The notes below the pieces were generated by a model. It did no database searches. It was not told the origin of the DNA and saw only the letters and a list, made by a program, of their open reading frames with translations. Position numbers and translations under genes: made by a program. A DNA stretch of 64,000 nt from the human T2T-CHM13v2.0 reference genome, Homo sapiens: NCBI RefSeq assembly GCF_009914755.1, contig NC_060936.1; one strand, written 5' to 3'. Every line of letters starts with the position of its first letter. Within the stretch, counting starts at the first letter, position 1. This document shows, one piece after another, positions 28,098-39,728 of this stretch.

Positions 28098-29704
28098 TAC
28101 TTAAAACACTTGACTTTGATCTAATAAATCAGACATTAAAAGCATCAGTATAGTAAGTTTTCTGGATACAAGATCAATACACACACACAAAAAAATCAAT
28201 TGTATTTGTATATACTAGAAACAAACTATGGGAAATTGAAACTAAAAAAAAAATACAATTTGCAATAGCATCAAAAAATTTGGAAACCTAGAGATAAATC
28301 TGACAAAAGATGTATAACACCTGTATACCAAAAATTGTGAAACACTGCTGAAAGATATTAAAGCCCTAGATTTTAAAAGAAAGTCTGTTTTAAATCCACC
28401 GAAATTTTAGGCATTTACTTCCTACAGGTGGTGAACCTTTCTAGTGACTGATCGCTAAAATCTCTCTATAAAGCCTGGGTAGAAAACCAAAATTTTAATT
28501 GTTTTAGGGGCGTGTTAAACAACTAGTTCTGCCAAAGTAAGAGATCAACAATGTTACCTTGCGAAAGAGGTCACTAACGATTCCCATTGGCTGATTTTCA
28601 CTTTGCTATATTTTTGTCAAAAAAATTACAAAAAATCTAATACTTACATGCCTTTGACAACAAAAGGCACATTTAATCTTATTTAGTTTTTAGAACCCCA
28701 ATAAAACCAGGACAGGTACCACGACCCTCATTTTACAGGTGAGTAAATTGAGATGCAGAGATCCTGAGTGATATCCCCAACTCACCCAGCTAGTGATTTG
28801 AACCTAAGGCCTTAGACCAGCTCCTTGTGTGATCCACATCAAACATAAAACGGAAAGGAAGCCAAAGAACAGCCCAGACTTAAAAAAAGGAATTGTGAAA
28901 TTCCTCTGGCTTCAAGCACATAGGAACTACTGTGTGATTTGTATTTAGTTACATGAAAGAATCTCTTACTACTACCGCTACTCTACCACTGCAAGATATA
29001 TAACAGATTAAATTCATTCTGTTCTATGAATTTCAAGTTGTAATTCGAGACATCTTTTTTCTCTCTTCCCAATTTCTTCATTTTGGCAATTTTTATAGCT
29101 TGAAAAATCCGCCAAAAAGAGAAAAATGGTTAAGAATACTGAAATCTGCAAAACTTTTCTTAGGAAGTCTGAGAAAAAGCTTGATGGGAAGTGAAAATAA
29201 TTACCTTTTTTTTTTTTTTTAACGAAGTATAGACATGCTGCTTATTCAACAGCACTGGTTCCCCACAGAACAGGTAATTTAAAGATGGCTTAACTTCAAT
29301 AAAGCCCCAAACTAACCAACTGAACATATATAAGAATAATGGAATTTCCTAAATCAAAAATATTTACATTAACATTATCCCTAAAATCTGGGCAAAATTA
29401 AAATTCACAGCAGCATTTAAAGAATCCAAATTCCTTCATTAAATAAAAATGATTAAATATCATTACTTTAAAATAATTTATCATTTTTAAATGAGCCCTG
29501 GTCCAGGGAGTATCATACAGAAAAGAAAGCATTCATTATGAAAAATAAGATAGAATGAGAATTCTACTACAAATCAAAAGATATTCAGTTTGCCACTGCT
29601 TTTGGCTCAATAGGAGCTGAAAAGTTGACAGTTCTATGATTTTTTAATAATCAAGTAAAATTGTTTAAGTTCTAAAAAATCCCTGAGGAGCACAGTCTGT
29701 TTAC

Positions 29705-29980
29705 CTGTAGAGAATCTGTAAATGCATCGTCCTTGTTTTCAATGGGTCGGAATAGTCCCTTTTTCTTCTCCCGGTCCCTTATATCTGGGCTGGCAGCACT
29801 AATGAGCATCTTCAGGTTAGCTGTGGGTGTCCATGGTTCCGCTTGCTGTCTGTCAACAAGCTTAACTGGAGTAATGGGATTTCTTTCTGGAGTAAATTTT
29901 TTTTGCTTCGATAAATCAATTGGTTCATTTTTTATTGGAGTCTTCGGGGCCATCCTTGATCGATCAACAAATATATTTTC
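29705..29980 (-). CDS. E2F7: E2F7 exon 3, codons 32-123 (ENIF...DSLQ; PIDLS motif, TPIK/TPVK CDK-type sites)
   Basis: AATAG|GAA acceptor, CAG|GTAAAC donor, 276 nt, phase 0-0; ORF 29672..29953. Confidence 0.97.
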
Positions 29981-30727
29981 CTATTTTAAAAAAGAAACTT
30001 TTAGCAAGAATGAGAAAGGGCAGGTATCAGCTAAGAGTATACTTTGTTCCCACCATTCACTAAGACTTGAAAATACAAATAGGACCATATGTTTAGGGCT
30101 GAAAAGTATCAGGATAGGACTAACGAAAAGTAGTCATGGGAATAGAAGAGTGGCTCCAATGAGAAGTAGATTATACTCTGCTACTCCTTTTACACCTATC
30201 TTTCATGGTATCTCTGTAAAAGAAATCACAACGTATCTGTTACTGTTGCATGTTTATAACAGATGAGGACTATGAGGGCCAATGTGGGTTGAGTCCATAT
30301 TGTTTCTAAGTGTCACCTTTTTTAAAACACTACTTACAAGTTTGCATTGACTAGTGAAGAGCAACAATGCTTCTGTAGTTCAATGTGCACCAGTGCTAAT
30401 ACAGCACTTAGTAGCAGGACCAGTTAATGGAAGAGCATCCAACAAAATCCCACATTTTAAGCCAACCTAGAGAGCTCTCTAATGTCATTCTCCAGAGCAG
30501 TGCATCTCAAACTACCCATGGTAAAGGACTCGTTTTTTTAGATTTCCAAACTCCTGCAAACTGATATGTGACCTTACTTCACAGGACTAATGTGCAACAC
30601 AACTCCCACCAGATGTGATTTGCCATTTGAGTTTGTCACTCAAACTGACCCACAGCTTCTTCAACAAGAAGAGACCACTAATCATAAGCTTAGATATGGT
30701 GGCAATACTGAATTGCTACTGAGGTTT

Positions 30728-31360
30728 ATTTTTCTTCCTTTTTTTTTTTTTTTTTAAAAGATAGGGTCTCACTCTGTTGCCCAGCCTGAGTACAGTGGTG
30801 TGATCATAATTCACTATAGCCTCAAACTCCTGGGCACGTGCAATCTTCTCGCCTTAGCCTCCCAAGTAGCTGGGACCACAGACATGCACCACTACACCCA
30901 AATACTTATATTTTATTTTTTGGAGATAGGGTCTCACTCTGTAACCCAGGCTGGAGGGCAGTGGCATGATCACAGCTAACTGCAGCCTCAAACTCCTGGG
31001 TTCAAGTGATCTTCCCACCTCAGCCTCCCAAAGTGCTGGGATTTCCAGTGGTGTGCATACTACAGTGGTGTGCACACCACTGCACCCAGCTAATTTTTAA
31101 AATTTTGTGTGGAGACGGGGTCTTGCCATGTTGCCCAGGCTGGTCTTGAACTTCTGGCTTCAAGTGATTCTCCTGCCTCAGCCTCCCAAAGTGCTAGAAT
31201 TACAGGCATGAGACACCAGGCCTGGCCTTTTTTAATTTTTTGTAGAGATCGGGGTCTCACTATGTTACCAAGGTTCATCTCAAACTCCTGGCTTCAAGTA
31301 ATCATCCCATCTTGGCCTCTCAAAGTGCTAGGATTACAGGCATGAGCCACCACATCTAGA
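30728..31360 (-). mobile_element. AluJ inserted in the middle linker of another AluJ (four arms)
   Basis: Arm order R-R-L-L on +; outer TSD CTACTGAGGTTT at 30716 and 31361. Confidence 0.85.
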
Positions 31361-33563
31361 CTACTGAGGTTTTTAAGTGCTTAACTCTCAAGTTCCGTTC
31401 TTAATTTTTTGCACCCTGGTGATAGTTTGTGGAATACCATCTGCCTCCAGACCACCCGTTGATGTAGACTGTCTTAAATAATTCTAAGAAAAGACTAACG
31501 ATGGGCCCATTGTAAAAAAGGACTAAGTATATAGAATCCACCTTTGGAACTAACAAGTAATTAAAACGTATCTTTCCCCTAAAAAAGTTTCAAAAATTCA
31601 ATATGAGAATTCGATAATTCAATATTCAAAAACAGAAAGATTCTGCTCTTTCTGTAGTATTCCTTTCCAGTCAATAGTGTGTCATATAATTACAAAGGTA
31701 GATGAGTTCTCAGTCACTCCTTCCCTGTACATTCTGTATAGCTACTGAATGCTTGGGTTTTGGTTGAGCAGGGGGTTACAGTAAGTGTTTTCCTATAAAT
31801 GAGCAACGTGTGAAGAGGTAAAATATTGGGAGAAACTGGAGTTTGTGTAGGCAAGGCAACTCTTGCTCCTTGGATCAGCAGAAGCTGCATGCTAGCCATG
31901 GCAACATTCGGTCCTAGTATAAGAGGAAGGAGAGGAGTCAGTGGAAGTGGCGATTTCTCATACTACAGTAAGTACTCGGCCCAGAATGCTGCATCTACCC
32001 ACCTCTTTTAACAAGTCCCTGTTAGTGTGCTATTCTGATAAAGGCTTCTACAGGTGAACTCTCAAGGGAAATTACTGATTACTATGTGCCACGCTCTGTT
32101 TCATGTATTTTGCATGTATTGACTCCTCATCCAATCCTGTGACATAGGCACTAATATTTTTCCGTTGTATAGATGAAGAAACTGAGGCACAGAGAAGTCA
32201 AATAACTTGGCTGAGGTCACCTATGACCTCATTCAGTGTAAAATCATCGGTATGCAAGAAACAGCTGAAGGCAGAACTTTCTGAAATTCTACACCTAAAA
32301 ATGAGCCTGTGTCCTGGGCACAAACTGGGAGGAAGTTATCTTTTCCACAGCTCCAACCAAAGGTACCCAGCAGGCCACTGATCCCCACTAGTACCTAGCG
32401 AGAGGCAGCATGGGGAAATAGTTATATACACAGGATGTAGGGCCAGTTAACCTACCCCTGCTGCTTATCAGCAGGGGTGAGTGTGGCAAGTTCCTGTACC
32501 TCACTATACTTTATTTCTCTCAACCGAAAATGAAGTTCATAAAAATACCAATCTCAAGGGTTATGAGATTAGTTCCTGGCATATAGTGAGCGCTCGATAA
32601 AACTTAGCTATTATCTTTTCCCTCTTTTCTATTCTTTATTACCATTCACTCTGGCATTTCGAGCTAAATATACTACAGCACATCATATTGCTATTTAACT
32701 TCCAGGATGTGTGTCTTGTCTCAGTAACAAGACTGTGCCCTTGAAAAGGTCAAGAAGCAAGTTCCACATGTCTTGTTCATCGCAATTTTTGGCACAATGC
32801 GTTGCCCACTGCAGATACTCAAAGAACACTGTGCTTTGATGAGTTATTCCAAAAGGTATCCTCATGGTGGAGGGTGTGGTCCAGGCATGCTGGGTGGACA
32901 GAGATTTACATGCCTTCTCCATTGCTTCCAAAAGAGTTACTTTAGCGAGGGAGCAACTGAGAATGGATTATTTCTTCATATACTTTGATATATTTTCACT
33001 GTAGTTTACTGAATACTTAAAGTAGGAGGGGAGCTAGGTCATGTGGTAGGTTATGATTGTATTACACCTCTACATCAAGAAAAAAAAATGCCAACCCAAT
33101 TGTTTTCTAAGGTGTCAGGTGGACAGAAAGTCAACTGCAATCTAGTCACACCTTGCTCCATCTGTCTGTCCTGCTATGCTGACAGCATATACGGCTGTGG
33201 AAAGGGCACTGCAATGGAAACCTGATTTGTGTCCCAGCTGTTTGTATCTTTTTGATCCTGGATAACTGTTCATTCTGTCTGGGCCCAGATTTCCGTATGT
33301 ATAAAATGAGGAATTTAGATGAAAGTATCTATCTCCAAGGTTTTCTAGCAAGGCTGCTTAGCTGTGGAGTGGATGCTGGGATGTACCCTGATCTCTTCAG
33401 ACATGACTCATTCCCCAGCTGCTAGAAGTAATGCCAACAGTCATCCCATAACTGGACTGCTTTGGCTGAAGACAGCTGACTTGTCCAAGATCACACCACT
33501 TCCTGGGAAGCCTCTCCTGTACTCATTGGCTGGTAGAAGTAGCACAGACATATAAAAGCCAGG

Positions 33564-33967
<404 letters not shown>

Positions 33968-36774
33968 CTAGGCATTGATCCCAAGAGTACTTCCTAAAAA
34001 CCTCCTGCACACTTAACCTCTGGGTAAGATCTGCTTCAGGAAATCTAACCTGCAACACCCTGGAAATCACTCCCTCCATTAGAGTGTCCTGTGAAACGGC
34101 CCTCTAGTTCTTATATATAAATAGAGGTAATATACCTTGGCTTACCTACCATAGAGTTGCTGTGATAATGAGCTCAGAAGGTAAAAGCACTCTGTCATCT
34201 GTGAAGTGCTATACAAATGTTCATTATTATTACTAATAACACCAGCACACTGACTATAGGTAAACTAGTTCATGCTGCCAAAGAAAGGTCTTCGTTGTCT
34301 TGGTTCTAGTCCTGCTCCTGTGTCCGATACAGCTTTGATCATGTTATCTCAAACAATATACACAGTCAAGTGTATATATTAGCTCTGGGCCATATTTAGC
34401 CAACTTCTTTTTCAGTTCCCTCTCATGCACATCCCACATTCTGCCCAAACAGTCCCCCTGCTACTCAAACCTGCCCTGCACTTTGTCACAGCTAAGCTGG
34501 TGCTCACACCACCACTTCCTCTTTAATGCCACTGGCTTTGCCTGTTGAAATTCTGTCTACTATTTAAGTCTCATTGCAATGACTACATGTTAGAAAGTGT
34601 CTCCTTCTAGCTATGGACCAACAACTCTCCTTCTTTCCAGAGCACACTTTCTAGAAGCAATCCACACTGAGGGTTTCCCCTGCCTACCTCCTAGGGGTCC
34701 CTCAAACTACCAGTCTGTTCTGATCCACTGCTCTTACTTAGGTCACCTCTCAGTTGCCAGATCAAGTCAATGGCAAAATATCTTACTTGACCTCACTGCA
34801 GCAGTTAAGACTGTTGACTATTCTTTGTTCTATAGAACTCTCAGCCCTTAACTTGTGAGATACCACTGTTTCTTTCTCTCCTGGTTCTTCTCATACTTCT
34901 GATTGTGCCTTCTCAGCCTCCTTCTATTTTCACTCTTACAAACCAAACCGCAAGAGTCCACACACAACCCTCTGCCGCTCTCTCATTATTTGCCACTCCC
35001 ACGTATAAAGCTTTAAAATCAACCTGTATGCTGACAATTCCTGTTCGGACCTGATTACGACCTTTCATGAATTCCAAAATCAGGCTACCTGCTGCTTTCT
35101 GCACATATTTATTTACCTATAAACCACACAGGTACAAACATATTCCAAACTGAACTCACCTTCATTCTCACCCACTCCCAAGAGACATGAATGACATTCA
35201 AAGAACACCCATGCCCATTAAGTTTGGGCATTGTCCCCAAATATGCCATGCTCATTTCTACTTCTTCACTAACTCCCCTCCTCTCTACTTGCCTGAGACT
35301 CAGTATTCCTTCCTTCCAGCCACAGCTCAAGTGCTAGCTCCTTCACAAAGCTCTCCTAGCCTCTTTGGCCCAGACTGTTTTCCACTTTTGTTGTGTCAAG
35401 TGCATTGTAAACAGGTAAGAGGCATAGTAACTTCGGGTAATGAAGTTGGAAACTCCTTTATGTTTTAAAGAAAAGTTTCTCCATGACTGGTAAGAAGATG
35501 CATACATAATACAGTACTTACAGACCTTGACCAACGGGCAAATGGCCAAGAAAGAAATCCTCTAAATGACCGCTGATCCAGCAAGACACCACTCCAGGTA
35601 TTCCCCGGAGAGATTCCAAGAAGGATCAACTCAGCACCACTAGCTTCCAGCCACTCTTGATTTCTTGAACATTTTTTTGAATGCTCACACCTCATGCTGT
35701 TACTTCTGCCTAAAATGTCCATCTCGTTCACTCTTGCTTTCTTGTAGGTTGAGCTTCCTCATCCACTAAGGCTTAGCCCAAATGTTCCTTCCTCTGTGAA
35801 GCTTTTTAACTCCCTCTGAACTTCCCATGAATTTATTTCCTCCTCTTCTTTCTGCCCAGGTAATTTGTTCCTACTCCTAGTATAGCACTCACCAAATCAC
35901 AGTATAGTTTTACATCTGGGCCCCTGAAAGTCTCCCTGGTAACTGAGGGCAGGGTGGACAACATGTTCATCTTTAGGCTATCAGTCTGATTCAAAACAGT
36001 GTGAAGACTATGTGCCTATGGGTGCTTTACAAAAACTCAATGTGGGGAGTATTATATATTGATTCCAATTTATGGAAGAAAAAAATGGATTTAGGGAGAT
36101 TAGGAAACTCATTAAATCACCGTATCCCCAGCATCTGGAACAAAAATATTTGTTGAAAGACTTTCTAAGTATATTTGTTTTAGGTCACATAGCTAATAAA
36201 TGGCAAAGTAGGAAATCAAACCCAGGACCTCTTGGCTCTTAAACCCCATGTTTTCATTATCCCTAGAAAGCATCCTTCCTTTACTTCATAGCAGCATGAA
36301 AAAGACAGACAGAAGCCCCTCCTAGTAACTCTGTGGAAGCACCCTGTTCTCATCTCTTGCCTTCTATTTGAGTTGACATAATCCCTGCTCATAAATGCTA
36401 TTTCAAACATTGTCACTGCTTTCCCAATCTCTTTAAGTCACTTGAGTTTTTTTTCCCCACACACATTAGAATGTGAAAGCTCAACTGGACACAGTAGCAC
36501 TTGCTGATGCTAGAGGAGAAGGGTCTTTGTTGAAGGTACTTGATAAAAGTCATTGACCCAGAGGAAGAGAAGTAAAGCACTGACTTAGACGTTATATAAA
36601 TGTATGGATGTGTATTTTTTCAAGGCTGAACCATCCAAATTGGAAAGGAAAACAAAGTTTTGCTCTAAAACTCTCAAAGCCAAAACTCTGAATATATACT
36701 TTAAGTCTGGGCATTTCCACCCTCATGACTTAGATAATTAAAAAAAAAAAAAAAAGGCCACTTTAAATAATCTT

Positions 36775-37466
36775 CACTTTATCTGTGGTTTCACTTTCAG
36801 TGGCCAACTGCGGTCCAAAAATATCACATGGAAAATTCCAGAAATAAACAATTCATGAGTTTTAGATTGTGTGCAGTTCTGTGTAATGAAATCTCACGTC
36901 ATCCTGCTCCGTCCTGCTTCGGATGTGACTCACCCCTTTGTCCAGCGTATTTGCACGGTAGATACTACCTGCTCGAGCAGCCACTGTGTTTTCAGGCTGG
37001 CTGTCACGGTATTGCAGTGCTCATGTTCGAGTAACTCTTATTTGACTTCATAATGGCTCCAAAGCACAAGAGTAGTGATGCTGGCAATTTGGATATGCCA
37101 AAGGGAAGCCATAAAGTGCTTCTTTTAAGTGAAAAGGTGAACGTTCTTGACTTAAGGAAAGAAAATCGTACGCCAAGGTTGCTAAGATCTACTGTAAGAA
37201 TTAGTCTCCTATCTGTGAAATTGTAAAGAATGAAAGAGAAATTCATGCTAGTTTTGCTGTCATACCCCAAACTGCAAAAGTTATAGCCATGGTACATAAG
37301 TACTTAGTTAAGATGGAAAAGGCACTAAATTTGGGGGTGGAAAACATAAACAGAATAAACAGAAATGTGTTCCAACTAATGGCAATCTGGTTCACTATTA
37401 TCCACAGTTTCAGGTACTCACTGCAGGTCTTGGAACACATTCCCTGTGGATAAGGGGAACTACTGT
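36775..37466. mobile_element. MER44/Tigger7-family element
   Basis: Similarity to remembered MER44; terminal ...ccctgtggataaggggaactactgTA. Confidence 0.75.
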
Positions 37467-38394
37467 ATTTCTTTACCTAATAAAAATAAATCAAAATGCC
37501 GGACAAAAAAAAAATCCCTAGATGGGGGAGCATACAATTTCGCATCTATCCTAAATTAGCAATTATCAAGTATTCTTCAAAGGCTCATATGAGCCTGGGT
37601 TGCTTTGCAACCAAGGAGTTTCACTGTTGATGCTAAGCCTAAAAATAAGACCAGGAGCTCGGAGAAGTTCAATGCCCAAGTTGCTACTCACAGATTTATA
37701 TTCAAAGTTTCTAAAACTTGGTTTGTTATTTCTATTTGCCTGTGCCTAAAAATGCTCAGATAGTTTAGACATTGTTATGGCCAGTTTACTTTGTAATGTT
37801 CTTGAAAACAACATCTTGGTCTTACAAATCACAAGGGGTGCAAAATGTAAGGGAATGGCTCAGTGCAAAACTAGCAACAGTATGGTAAAATATTCAGAAT
37901 ATACTGATGAGTTCAGCCACTTTATCTCCCTATATAGTAGGCACAGGTCTACTCTTGGGTGAATGGAACAGTCTCTGGGAGCTAGTTCATTGGTATGAAG
38001 ACATTTCACAGCACTTTAATAATCCAGCATTTATGCCTGCAAAGGTCTATTTTCCTGGGAACTGAGGCTTAGCATTCCTACAGAGCACTAGCTACACCAC
38101 CCTTGACAACTGTATTATAAACTTTGATTGCTGTAGCCAGCATATTTTTGACTTATATAAATTGGTTACAACATTACATGTAACCTTGCCTATTTTTCCC
38201 ACTATATCTGAGAGTAGAATTCCAACAATAATGGTTTGGATGGCTCTATTTTTAAAAAAGAATGTTTCTATAATGTTTATCAATATTAATTATTATGCTT
38301 AAATACAAATACAAATGGCATGTTGGAACACTTAATTGAATTCAACATCACCATCCTTAACATATTAGAAACTAAGGTGTTTATGTTTGCTTAC

Positions 38395-38487
38395 CTTTTG
38401 TGCATTTTCCCCATCTTCAACTGCAAAATCTAGTCTGGGCTGCCTGGGGCTGATCAGGTCTTTTAGTGTTAAACAATTTACCTCCAT
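38395..38487 (-). CDS. E2F7: E2F7 exon 2, codons 1-31 ([31 protein letters not shown])
   Basis: TTACAG|ATG acceptor, AAG|GTAAGC donor, 93 nt; translation matches the E2F7 N-terminus. Confidence 0.96.
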
Positions 38488-38830
38488 CTGTAATGCACAA
38501 TTACACTAGAAAATGATTTTGCAATTAGGTATTTTTTCCTCAAACAAAAATATCTACATATGTGTTACTTGTTTGTCAATATGAAATTCCCCCTTCTCTA
38601 AGCACATCCTGGGCATTTCCAGGAGTTGTAGCCACCCTCAACTTTCTAAAACTCACGCGAACAAACTCAAACACCTAAAGTGTGCTTAGTAATACTGAAA
38701 ATCTGGGAAGAAAAAAATCTACAAAAATAGTAACTCCTTATGAAAAGCTAGATGGCAAAATAAAGTTACCAAGTCGGAAGGGTGTTGGGCAAATCTGTCA
38801 GAAAAGTACAGGGTCTCCCAGGTCAGTTAA

Positions 38831-38842
38831 TTTTGGCGCAAA
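38831..38842. promoter_or_regulatory. Canonical E2F site TTTTGGCGCAAA in intron 1
   Basis: Perfect TTTSSCGC match, quasi-palindromic, at the edge of the CpG island. Confidence 0.6.
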
Positions 38843-39133
38843 GAACTGAGAGGAATTCGGCTTTGAGGGGTTTTGAATCGGGGGAAGGAAACCCGATCGC
38901 TAGACCAAACCCACTCAGCGCTGAGCGCAGCCCCTTCCCAGGCCTCCAAGCAGATCCCCCAAATAAACTTCTCCAATGAAAGCTCCAAGTTGTGGGGAAG
39001 GGCAAATCCCCTCTACTGCCGGGCCGGAGTGAGAGCTGCACCCGGCACACCCTCTGCGCACCGGGTTCCCCGGCAGAAACACCTCGAGCCCTCGCCAGCC
39101 GGGGGACGTGAGGAGTGGCAGGCTGGCAGCCGG

Positions 39134-39166
39134 GGCGGGAGTGGGCCCTGTATCCCAATTCCCGCC
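39134..39166. promoter_or_regulatory. Paired E2F sites (GGCGGGAG, TTCCCGCC) with overlapping CCAAT at the start of intron 1
   Basis: TTCCCGCC at 39159-39166 is the E2F7/8-type consensus; CCAAT at 39155. Confidence 0.55.
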
Positions 39167-39196
39167 TCCCCACTGGCGCTGGGGCCGCACGCTTAC

Positions 39197-39430
39197 CCCT
39201 GCTTTCCTAAGGAGGCTTCCTGCCTCTGCAGGGACCTCCACGGACCCAAGCCGATGAGGGAAGGTGGTGCGGCGATCAGCAGCCGGGCGGCGGCATCGGG
39301 AAGGGAGAGCGAGGCGCGCAGATCCCCGCGCCGAGTGCCCTGGGCTGGCGGGGACCCCGCGGCGTCCGGGCAGCGCCAGCGCTCAGACCGGCCGAGCGCA
39401 ACTCCAGCCTGGATCGTAGTCCCCGCTAAA
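39197..39430 (-). other. E2F7: E2F7 exon 1 (non-coding 5' UTR); 5' end/TSS approximate
   Basis: Strong donor AAGCAGGG|GTAAGC at 39197/39196 inside the CpG island, just downstream of the CCAAT boxes; it splices to the ATG-bearing exon at 38487. Confidence 0.8.
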
Positions 39431-39470
39431 ACACCTCCTCTGGCGCCTTGAGACCGAATTTGAGAATCCA

Positions 39471-39650
39471 CCAATCAGCGGCGGCCGGCGGGGCGGCCCC
39501 GGCCAATCGTGCGGCGGCACGGCCCGGGCTCACCGCCCCTCGGAGTCTTGGCGCTCCGAGCCGCGCGTTTTGCCCTCACCCGCCCAATTGTTGCCGCCTC
39601 GGCCCCCTCCCCCTTCCGGGTACCTGGAAACCTCGGGCCCGGGAGCCAAT
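39471..39650. promoter_or_regulatory. Four co-oriented CCAAT (NF-Y) boxes at 39471, 39503, 39584 and 39646, with GC boxes
   Basis: CCAATCAG, GGCCAATCG, CCCAATT and AGCCAATT seen directly; GGGGCGG lies between the first two. Confidence 0.75.
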
Positions 39651-39678
39651 TCCTGCTGGGGACGCGGGCCCCGGCGGC

Positions 39679-39728
39679 CGCGGGAAGCCAAGGTGGGGGC
39701 GGCGCGGGGCGGCGCGGGGCGGCGGGAG
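39679..39728. promoter_or_regulatory. E2F-type sites (TTCCCGCG, CTCCCGCC on minus) flanking a GGCGCGGGGC decamer repeat (Sp/KLF-like)
   Basis: Motifs seen directly; E2F7 is an established E2F-responsive gene. Confidence 0.6.

Larger units (their letters stand above)
25190..28375 (+). mobile_element. Old L1 (L1ME-like) ORF2/3' remnant containing younger insertions
   Basis: ORF2-like remnants (gattcagaaaaagcatttgataa; ORF 25665..25880 with FSKV...YKI), A-rich. Confidence 0.75.

Noticed and set aside
29733-30266. 177-aa + strand ORF, likewise 18362..18724, 19819..20109 and 3799..4032
   Set aside because: Antisense shadows of E2F7 coding exons with no independent support
31960-31990. ACTACA...CCCAGAATGC resembling the ZNF143 composite motif
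   Set aside because: The spacer between the two parts is too long, and the site is outside promoter context
32212-32231. TGAGGTCA-ccta-TGACCTCA inverted repeat resembling an oestrogen response element
   Set aside because: Spacer is 4 nt rather than 3, and one half-site belongs to a MIR-like consensus; no canonical receptor geometry
36480-36756. Unique-looking stretch ending in an A-run, possibly a retrocopy 3' end
   Set aside because: No TSD, no properly spaced polyA signal and no recognisable parent gene; needs BLAST
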